Positions 18,543 to 26,180 of a DNA stretch of 64,000 nucleotides are shown in pieces (position 1 is the stretch's first letter; every line of letters begins with the position of its first letter). The notes under the pieces are model-generated. The model worked only from the letters and a program-made list of their open reading frames with translations. It did no database searches and was not told the origin of the DNA. Position numbers and translations under genes: made by a program. This DNA is from an uncultured delta proteobacterium (GTDB lineage: Bacteria > Desulfobacterota > Binatia > UBA9968). The stretch is taken from positions 832,001-896,000 of the forward strand of contig CAVSHR010000004.1 of NCBI GenBank assembly GCA_963727625.1, written 5' to 3'.

Positions 18543-18602
18543 AGCTAACGCGTCGGCGCTGAGCGCCCGAGACCCGCGAGCACCGCAATCCTCGGGTCGC
18601 CC
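18543..18602 (-). other. Truncated attC (right arm and loop only)
   Basis: Minus strand: GCG(A)CCCGAG..CTCGGGCGCTCAGC gccgacgc GTTAGCT. Its GTTAGCT is the exact reverse complement of the attC1 R'' (AGCTAAC). The left end is replaced by the duplicated gene segment. Confidence 0.65.
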
Positions 18603-18605
18603 CCG

Positions 18606-18965
18606 CAGATCGACGTCAATCCGAAAGTTCTTCGGGAAACCGTCGACCGCTGGAACACGCTGTGCGGCGAAAGCACAGATAAAGACCACAAACGTCCGCC
18701 AAAAACTATGATGCCGATCAAGACCGGCCCGTTTTGCGTAGTCGAAGCTTGGCCGATCGTCAACAACACCCAGGGCGGCCCCGAGCACGACGTCGAGCAG
18801 CGCGTGTTGGACCCGATGAAAAAACCGATCCCGCGCCTCTACGTCGCCGGGGAAATCAGTTCGATCTACGGCCATCTCTATCTGGAAGCGGGAAACATCA
18901 CCGAATGTTTCGTGGCAGGAAAAATCGCAGGGCAAAACGCGGCAACGGAAAAGGGTTGGGACTAA
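18606..18965 (+). pseudogene. Diverged 360-bp duplicate of the flavoprotein 3' end (17547-17906)
   Basis: Colinear over 120 codons with no indels; by hand about 38 synonymous and 5 non-synonymous codon differences; no 5' part of the gene. Confidence 0.92.
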
Positions 18966-19024
18966 CGACCGCGCTAAGCGGCCGAAGCAAGCGGCGAAGG
19001 TCCGTCTTCAGCACACGGTTAGCC
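18960..19024 (-). other. Integron attC site 2 (65 nt)
   Basis: Minus strand: GGCTAAC cgtgt GCT(G)AAG(A)CGG(A)CC ttcgccgcttgcttc GGCCGCTTAGC gcggtc GTTAGTC, the canonical VCR-like architecture. Confidence 0.88.
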
Positions 19025-20520
19025 GTCTTTTGATACGCGATCATGAATCACCTCTCCATACAAGGCTACCCTGCCATACTCTGTCAACGTATCCGCCAAA
19101 ACGAGCGGGTGCGCCTGGGTCCGGCTACAAGCCGGCTAAAGTTCCCGCCCCAATGGGCGGCTGTAGATGGTCTTAACCGTCTACTTTGAAATCATCGTCA
19201 CGATCATGATTCTGATTCGATATATATTCCGCGATCACCTCGTCGGTCACATTCCCGCTACTGCAGCAGAATTATCCCCGTGCCCACAGATGCCGACCCC
19301 AAAACTGCTTCTGCAAATGCGGAAATTCTCCCATCAACTTGTACGAACTCTTCCCCTTCAACCATTGGATCAACGACTGATTGTCACTTGCGGCGGTATC
19401 GACACGAACAGATGCAGATGGTCCTTCGCCACATGTCCCTTCAGGATCGTTATTGTGTTGCCGCAGATATCACGGATTATGTCTCTTACTCGTGTGCCAC
19501 TTCCCCCGTCAACGCTGCCCGATGGTATTTGGTCGTCCATACCAGATGCAAATGTATCTCGAATACCGTGTGTGCTCCGCGTGATACTCTTCATCCGCAC
19601 ACACTACCACAGTATAAAAATGCTAAAGCGTGCTAAAGGGAGGGTTCAACTCAGAGTGAGTGAAGAAGCGAAAACGAAGGCCGTACATCAATGCGCAGAT
19701 CTTCTGGAGCGAAGGCTGTTCCGTGGAACAGCTTGTCGCGCAAACGACCAGCCAGTTCGATGATATCGAAGTGATACTCTCGGCCCTCGATCGTCCAGGC
19801 CCTAACATGTCCGTCAACTGAGAAACCGAGTAAGTAGCGTACCGCTTTTCTCGACGGCAATTCCGCCTTGTTTTCGGAAGCAAGGCACTCGAGAACATTG
19901 AAGAGGCGGGCGATTCGAAATCTAGCGTTAGTTTCCGCCATGGCGTCATGAAGTAACGCCAATGCAAAGCTGTACGTTTCGTCTGCGCCCGCATGTGAAA
20001 ACATCTTTGCAAAAAGCTCTGGCGTCTCCAACGCCATTACGCTGGGAATACGGGTGCGGCTTCCTTCATGCTCCGGTCGAACAAGACGATAGAAACCCTT
20101 CGATCCTGCCGCGTGAACGAAGAGAGCGAACGGTATGAACGGTTGAGCGGCAGGGCATGAAAGCACATGCCGCGCCATATCAAGACGCTGCCTGACGGAC
20201 GCCTCCATATCCTTCGGATTGTCTACGTGAGGAGGAACACAAACAAGCGATACCACGGGTGAAGAGATCAGCCCACGCAATGTTGCGTCGAAGGCGCTTG
20301 GTACATCGAACGTCGCACCAAGTAGTTCGCGTGCATATCGAACCAGGAACTCAACCTGGTCGTCTGAGCCCAGGGGCTGAAGTGGAATAGCCATGAGATC
20401 GTCGTCAAACTGCACGACCTCGCGAAGAAACCCTCCAGAACACAGCTCATGCACCGCTGGTTGTCTGCAGAGAAACTGCTTTGCAGCGTCAGGAAGACCG
20501 AGGTTCTGCCAGGGGATCAC
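19019..20520 (-). pseudogene. Cassette gene encoding a HEPN-like (ApeA/MauJ-type) protein, split by IS200
   Basis: GTG start after GGAGG; ARLFNVLECLA and RDKLFH (Rx4H). The frame stops at 19651 at the IS edge; 19117-19019 reads QAHPLVLADTLTEYGRVALYGEVIHDRVSKDG* and ends inside the attC2 R''. Confidence 0.65.
19120..19655 (-). mobile_element. tnpA: Degenerate IS200/IS605-family element (tnpA pseudogene at about 19173-19594); ends approximate
   Basis: Frameshifted HTVFEIHLHLVWTTKY..ILKGHVAKDHLHLFVSIPP..LKGKSS..FWGRHLWARG*FCCSSGNVTDEVIAEYISNQ (HUH plus catalytic Y); terminal hairpin ccgccc-caat-gggcgg. Confidence 0.88.
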
Positions 20521-20542
20521 GTTGCCTCCGCGCGTCTAAGAC

Positions 20543-20670
20543 GGCTAACTATTAAGTGAACGATTTAGACTGCGCAAGCATTGGCCGCCTATTCCAAACA
20601 ACTGCGTTGCTGATAGACAATAACATTTGCGCGCTGTATCGCTTAGTTCCTGCATGAAAGTCAAGATTTA
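20543..20670 (-). other. Cassette-entry site GTTAGCC with attI-like or degenerate upstream sequence
   Basis: Minus strand ...ATCGTTCACTTAATA GTTAGCCGTCTT; these 12 nt are the reverse complement of AAGACGGCTAAC at the other end of the cassette. No proper attC left arm. Confidence 0.5.
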
Positions 20671-22125
20671 TCATCCCGGCAATTGCCGCTTGGAACCGGA
20701 ACGAATGATCTTGCCGTGAATATTCCGTGGCAAGTCGGCTTTTATGGCGATCCGCCGCGGACACTTATAAGCGTCCAGATGTTGCGCGCAAAAGCTCAAA
20801 AGCTCGCGCTCCGTCACTTGTCCGAGAACAGCCACCTCAGCCTGAACGGCTTCGTGGGTGTCTCCAACTCGCACGCCGAAGGCCAATGCTTCGCTTACCT
20901 GCGGATGGAGCCGTAAAACATTTTCTACTTCGGCGGGTTCGACGCGGTTGGCGCCGACCTTGATAAAGGGACTTTTCCTCCCAACAACGTAAACATTGCC
21001 GTCATCATCGGCTCGCCCAAGATCCCCGGAGCGCAGATAACCGTCGTTAACATTCGGATTAGCTTGCAGCGTTTTGCGCCAGAGCGCCGGGCTCTTCGCG
21101 ATGTCGAAAGTGATCTCGCCGATCTCGGGCGCAGGGAGCTCATGGCCTTCCTCATCGAGGATGACAATGGGAAACAAACCATCGATACGACCCACGGAAT
21201 CGCGCGGGCCATTCAGGTTGAATGTAAAAGCCGGGTGAATCTGACTGCCCCCGTAACGCTGGCGGATCATCAGGCCGAAGCGCTTTTCAAAGCGGTGCGC
21301 CACCGCCGGCGACAATGCCGCGCTGCCCGAAACGCACATACGGACTGAGGAAAAATCGAGTTCGTGGCCGGCCGGAATACTCGCCAGCATTTCGAAAATA
21401 AAAGGTACCGCCCAGAGAATTGTCACCCGCTCCCGGTTGATCGCTTCCGCCGCCTTCACCCGCTCGAAGCGCTCTTGAACCACGATTGAGCAGCCGACAA
21501 ATACCGGCATGATCACGTGGTTATTGATCGCCGACCCGCTGTTGTAGGGACGCGTCGAGAACAACACATCATCGGCGCGCAATTCATGCGCCGCCGCTCG
21601 CATCTCCGCACGGTTCAAGATCTGCCGGGCTGAACGTAAATACAGAGAAGGTTCGCCGGTCGTGCCGGAACTCGAAACTGCGAGAATGGGTTCATCGTCA
21701 AAGCTCCGGTGCCGCGCCCCACATTCCTGACGGTGTGGAAAACGAAACTGCTCATCCGGTCCATAGCGGAGAAAGTGCACCACGCTCGGGCAGCGGTGGC
21801 GAACCTCTGCCAAAAAGAAGTCGGATCCGGCGACCACACGAGGCCCTGCTTGTCTAAACAAGACAGGAATTTTTCCCGAAGGCAGCACGGGCAGAACCAG
21901 AAGTCCGAGCGCGCATGCGGCGAAAAACATCACGTGGAATTCGGGCGACGGCGCAATACCGATAATGATCGGATCACCGGGCTGGAGTCCGAGTGCTTGT
22001 AGATACGCCGCGCAGTCCTCGACTTCTTCTATAAGCTCTCTGTAATCGAGTCGCCTTTGCTCTCCGACAATTGCCGGCGCGGTGGCGCGCAGGCGCGCCC
22101 GCTCACTCAAAAGATCGTAGAGCAA
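20671..22125 (-). CDS. Class I adenylate-forming enzyme (acyl-CoA/acyl-ACP ligase)
   Basis: SSSGTTGEP, YGGSQ, SGDLG, VGRK..KVGANRVEPAEVE, LPRNIHGKI. Confidence 0.9.
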   Translation of the reverse strand: MLYDLLSERARLRATAPAIVGEQRRLDYRELIEEVEDCAAYLQALGLQPGDPIIIGIAPSPEFHVMFFAACALGLLVLPVLPSGKIPVLFRQAGPRVVAGSDFFLAEVRHRCPSVVHFLRYGPDEQFRFPHRQECGARHRSFDDEPILAVSSSGTTGEPSLYLRSARQILNRAEMRAAAHELRADDVLFSTRPYNSGSAINNHVIMPVFVGCSIVVQERFERVKAAEAINRERVTILWAVPFIFEMLASIPAGHELDFSSVRMCVSGSAALSPAVAHRFEKRFGLMIRQRYGGSQIHPAFTFNLNGPRDSVGRIDGLFPIVILDEEGHELPAPEIGEITFDIAKSPALWRKTLQANPNVNDGYLRSGDLGRADDDGNVYVVGRKSPFIKVGANRVEPAEVENVLRLHPQVSEALAFGVRVGDTHEAVQAEVAVLGQVTERELLSFCAQHLDAYKCPRRIAIKADLPRNIHGKIIRSGSKRQLPG

Positions 22126-22143
22126 CTGAAGCCTCCGCTGAAC

Positions 22144-22416
22144 TCAAGTCTTTCCCTGAACGCCTTCGATCTTGCGAATTACGAATTGCGCGATGGCAGA
22201 CAGATCCTGGAAGTTTTCCGGCTTGACGTCGCCATCCTCGACGGAAATGGCAAATTCAGTTTCGAGCGCGACCACGAGCTGCAGCGCCCAAACGGAATCC
22301 ATCAGCCCGCCGGCACCTAACTTAAAATCCGCAGAGACTGCGTCTTGCGCTCCTTCCGGATCCGTGAGGCGTTGCACGATTCGCGCAATGCGCTCAGAAA
22401 TATCGCCCGAGCCCAT
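22144..22416 (-). CDS. Acyl carrier protein
   Basis: GLMDSVWALQLVVALETEFAISVEDGDVKPENFQDLSAIA. Confidence 0.85.
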   Translation of the reverse strand: MGSGDISERIARIVQRLTDPEGAQDAVSADFKLGAGGLMDSVWALQLVVALETEFAISVEDGDVKPENFQDLSAIAQFVIRKIEGVQGKT

Positions 22417-22418
22417 TT

Positions 22419-23300
22419 TCACCACCAGGAGTCGCCTCGAAGCATGCGACGCCAAATCCGGGTGTATTCGGGATGCTCGTTCAGATACTTGGTGTAAAGG
22501 GCGCCGAATCCTTCCATGATTTGTTTCTTTACGGGAGCTACCGGTGGATGGATCTGAACGATGATGTTACCGCGCTTATCTGGCAACGTAAAACAAGGAA
22601 GCACCGGCGCTGCAAGCGTCTCCAGAAGCACCAGCGCCCGCGGTTCCAGAAAAAAGCTCCGGTAATCATTGCGTACCAAAACATCGGGCGATCCATCGGG
22701 CTGTCCTCGCACCGAGAGATGAACCACGCGGTTCTCCTTCAAGTGCCGGCGCGCGCTCAGTATTCTTTGCGCGTGATGCCAGAAATCGCCGCGAAAGTCG
22801 ATCACTTCCCAGCGCGTAAAATCACCATGTCCCCAGCGCTCCTCGATGGATTCACTCTCGAGAGGATTGGCCCAACGGCTTACCGGAACACCCTTTTGAG
22901 CGAGAATTGGATCCACGAGCCTGTCCAAGCCATAATAGTGACCGGACAACAGCACCGCACCACCGCCTTCATTTAGAGCACTCTGTAAATAATCCGCGCC
23001 CTCGATCCGTACGAACTGCTCTGCCCGCCACGCCCAGTTTTCCCAGGCAAGTTCCAGGTGATCTTGCCAGCGGCGATACAAGAGATGGCTGCGCGATCGG
23101 CGGCGCACGTGCGCCGGATCATGATGCTTGCGCAGCAGCCTGCCTAAAAATCGTACGCTGCGTCCCGCGTGCGGATAAACTGCGAATACGCAAGCGATTG
23201 TCGCCAATGTGACTAGAAAACACCATCGCGGAGGTGTTCGCCGGGCAAGCCAACGAAGCGGCGGCACTTTATGGAAAACTCGGGAGAAGGAAAATCTCAT
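22419..23300 (-). CDS. LpxL/HtrB-like lysophospholipid acyltransferase
   Basis: VRIEGADYLQSAL..GAVLLSGHYYGLD (Hx4D), APVLP, LNEHPEY..W. Confidence 0.75.
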   Translation of the reverse strand: MRFSFSRVFHKVPPLRWLARRTPPRWCFLVTLATIACVFAVYPHAGRSVRFLGRLLRKHHDPAHVRRRSRSHLLYRRWQDHLELAWENWAWRAEQFVRIEGADYLQSALNEGGGAVLLSGHYYGLDRLVDPILAQKGVPVSRWANPLESESIEERWGHGDFTRWEVIDFRGDFWHHAQRILSARRHLKENRVVHLSVRGQPDGSPDVLVRNDYRSFFLEPRALVLLETLAAPVLPCFTLPDKRGNIIVQIHPPVAPVKKQIMEGFGALYTKYLNEHPEYTRIWRRMLRGDSWW

Positions 23301-23354
23301 CGGTGATAATCGAAAAATCGCTGCAACCGGGCGCTAGCTAGCTCAACCAACCAC

Positions 23355-23758
23355 TCACCGCCTGTTAATCTGCTCGATGTACCCGTCGTCGTCAAGCTTC
23401 TTGAGCAACGTGTGATTGATAATGTTTTCCGGTTTGAGCGTGGCAACTACCGGGTCGGATTCGGCCATGAACTCGATCATCGAAGCGACGCCGACGGCAT
23501 CGATGTAGGGTTTCGGGCTCAGAACTTTCACCGCAGTTTGATAGTGCTCCTCCGCTTTATCGACGCAATCGAGGAGGAGATGCTTTGCCAGGACTTGCTT
23601 CTCCCGCGGCTTGTTTTTGGGGTCGAGGCTGAAGCTGTTGCCGCTGACCACGGCACTTCGACAAAAAGCTCACCGTAATTGAAGGGTCGATTTTCATCAA
23701 TAATCGCAACCCGCGCCGGTACCGCATCTGCCCAACGACTCAAAATGTCGTAAATCAC
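23355..23758 (-). pseudogene. Deletion scar: N-terminus of an AMP-binding paralog joined to the C-terminus of an ABC binding protein
   Basis: MIYDILSRWADAVPARVAII..FNYGELFVEV resembles the start of the 22125 gene; ..PKPYIDAVGV..LKPENIINHTLLKKLDDDGYIEQI resembles SBP ends. Confidence 0.7.
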
Positions 23759-23812
23759 TGCCTCACCATTCGTATTCAGGCGCTTCTAGCGCGAACGGCC
23801 AGTATGCGTCCT

Positions 23813-24904
23813 CTAAGGATGCACGTCCTGCGTAAACCAATCCAGCGGTACTTCCCTGCCCGCCCCCTGCGCTCTGGCGGCGTCATAGACTTTCTTGCCC
23901 ACTGCCGCGAACTGGGCACCCAGTCCGATATTGTTCACAAAGCCGGTGATTTGATCGTCGCGCTCGCGTCCTTTGATCCGGCCTGCGAGCAAGTCCGGCA
24001 ACGTCGGTAAAGATTTCCAGTCGATGCCGCGTTCCGTGGGATGATCGCGCAGCTTGAAATCGTCCCGCTCAAAGTGGGCCAGCGCCGAGGACGTCACGTT
24101 ATTTTCGGTCGCATGGGTGTGCAACACTAGAGGCTGGCAACTCAGCAGCGCCTGGTCGTCAAATTCGTCGCGCTGCATGGCGCTTATGTGCATACCTTCT
24201 GCGAGCGCCCACTTACCGAGAAACGGCGTTCGAGAGTTGGTCGACGTGATGAGGATATCGACATCTTTGGCGGCTTCCTCGTAGGAGTTCACCGGCACGA
24301 TTTCGACGCCTACCCGTGCGCTGGTTTCCCTGGCGAAGTTTTCACGGTTAACTTTAGTCGGGCTGAACACTTTGATGCTCTTGATCTTGCGCGCCTCGCA
24401 GACCGCCATGACTTGAGTCCCAGCCTGCCAGCCAGAACCGACTAAGCCGACCCTTTCCGCGTCGGGTCGCGCGAGGTATTTCGTCGCCACACCATTGGCG
24501 CCGCCGACGCGAAAGCGCTGCAGCACACCGTCGTTCATGATCGCCAACAGCTCGCCGTTGGCCGTGCTGAAGAGCATGACGATCCCCATCCAGCGATCGC
24601 CCGGCAATTTGGGCAATTTTTCGCGGCGCACGCCTCCGCCGGTGTTCCGCCAGGCAACGATATCCGACGAGAAGCGCAGCGCCGCCGTGCCGAAGTGAGG
24701 ACAAGCACCGGTCATGCTTTTCAGATAATGCGCCATCGGTCCCTCGGCGTTTTGCGCCGCCGCCGTCGGCGAGTGCACGTCCGAGCGTGGCGCCGCCACG
24801 GCAATCCCGTCGCCCATTTCCTTGTATAGTATCTCCAGCGCCTCCATGGTGTCTTTCATGGTGAGCAATTGATCGATTTCTTCGTTGTTGATAAACAGCG
24901 GCAT
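23813..24904 (-). CDS. Ornithine cyclodeaminase/mu-crystallin family protein
   Basis: LFSTANGELLAIM..LQRFRVGG, VGSGWQA, DILITSTN, GLGAQFAAVG. Confidence 0.9.
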   Translation of the reverse strand: MPLFINNEEIDQLLTMKDTMEALEILYKEMGDGIAVAAPRSDVHSPTAAAQNAEGPMAHYLKSMTGACPHFGTAALRFSSDIVAWRNTGGGVRREKLPKLPGDRWMGIVMLFSTANGELLAIMNDGVLQRFRVGGANGVATKYLARPDAERVGLVGSGWQAGTQVMAVCEARKIKSIKVFSPTKVNRENFARETSARVGVEIVPVNSYEEAAKDVDILITSTNSRTPFLGKWALAEGMHISAMQRDEFDDQALLSCQPLVLHTHATENNVTSSALAHFERDDFKLRDHPTERGIDWKSLPTLPDLLAGRIKGRERDDQITGFVNNIGLGAQFAAVGKKVYDAARAQGAGREVPLDWFTQDVHP

Positions 24905-24967
24905 GATGGCCTCGTGAGTGTTGTTCGCGGGTCGTGATCCCTATAAACGGCGGCTTAGGAAGATTGA

Positions 24968-25996
24968 TTATGGATTCTTGCCCCATAGCCTAGCAAAGAA
25001 TCCTTCGTCGACCAGCTCTTGCACCAAACTATTGTCGAAGAACTGTTCGGGCTTGGCCCGCTTCGCCTTGGGATTTTTTTTGGCGATCTGATCGAGGGTC
25101 ACCTGAAACGCTTGAGCTTTCACCAAGGGAATCTTTTCCATGAAATCGTAGGCGTATTGAAGGCTGCCCTCGAGCATTCCCGGATCGTTGATCTTGGTGT
25201 ACTTGGCGAAAATCGCCTTGGTTTCTTCCTTATGAGTATGCATGAAATAGATCGCCCGGCCGTATGCGCGAATGAAAGCTTTGGCCGCCGGGCGATGTTC
25301 TCGTACCCAGCGTTTTGAAGTGGTGAGGCCGATATGCATAAAAGGAATATCTTCCTTTGCCAGGTTGGCGAGCATCTTCATGCCGGCCTTCTGTGCCAAA
25401 TAGACCATCGGCTGCGACATCGGCGCGGCAAAAATGGTTTTCTTCGACAGTGCCGCGGCGAGCTCGGGCATGCCGCCGATTTGAATGAAAGGAACATCCT
25501 TGGCGGCTTCAAGCCCGTATTTGGAGAGCAACATGCGCATGCCAAAATCGGTGGACGCGCCGAATCGGGTAACGCCAACCACCTTGCCGCGTAGATCCGT
25601 AACCTTTTTGATTTCCGGCGCGGCCATGATGTAAAACGCGACCACGTTGGTGATGGCGCCCATCGCCACGAGGTCACCACCGTTCAAAGCCGCGTCGACG
25701 ATCACCTGGCTGTTGGCGCCGGACAAAACGATGTCGCCTGCCAGGGTGGCCCGCGCCACCGTCGGCGAGCTGGCGATGTAAACCAGCTCCATGTCCAATC
25801 CCTCTTGTTTCAGCAACCCCGCATCGTTCATCACCCAAAAGGGCGAATTGAGCGCGCTGACTGCCGACCAGGCAATGACGAATTTCTCTCCTCGCGCAGA
25901 GTTGGGTAACGCCAGATTGATAAACAAACACAAGTAGACAGCTACGCTAGCAAGCCGCGCGTGAATCCTTTTACTGCTTAGCCAATTTTTTTGCAT
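24968..25996 (-). CDS. ABC substrate-binding protein (TauA/NMT1 type)
   Basis: PFWVMNDAGLLKQEGLD, LRGKVVGVTRFG, DNSLVQELVDEGF. Confidence 0.9.
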   Translation of the reverse strand: MQKNWLSSKRIHARLASVAVYLCLFINLALPNSARGEKFVIAWSAVSALNSPFWVMNDAGLLKQEGLDMELVYIASSPTVARATLAGDIVLSGANSQVIVDAALNGGDLVAMGAITNVVAFYIMAAPEIKKVTDLRGKVVGVTRFGASTDFGMRMLLSKYGLEAAKDVPFIQIGGMPELAAALSKKTIFAAPMSQPMVYLAQKAGMKMLANLAKEDIPFMHIGLTTSKRWVREHRPAAKAFIRAYGRAIYFMHTHKEETKAIFAKYTKINDPGMLEGSLQYAYDFMEKIPLVKAQAFQVTLDQIAKKNPKAKRAKPEQFFDNSLVQELVDEGFFARLWGKNP

Positions 25997-26180
25997 AGAC
26001 ACCTCATAGTTCAGGAAAACTTTGATCGATCGGAAGTAATCTCGCCAAATAGGTATCATCGCTGGACAAGACCGGTCAACCAGCGCAGTCAATTTCTCCC
26101 TTCTTAATCAGAAATGGCTGGACAAATGGCTGTTGGGTATCGATACTGGCGAGGCAAAGCGTTACTCTCCGAGTTCAACC

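Noticed and set aside
17547-18965. 360-bp repeat pair as a DGR template/variable repeat
   Set aside because: Differences involve all bases and are mostly synonymous third positions, not adenine-specific; no reverse transcriptase in the window.
18708-18965. 85-aa ORF as an independent gene
   Set aside because: It starts at an internal Met of the duplicated flavoprotein tail and has no RBS.
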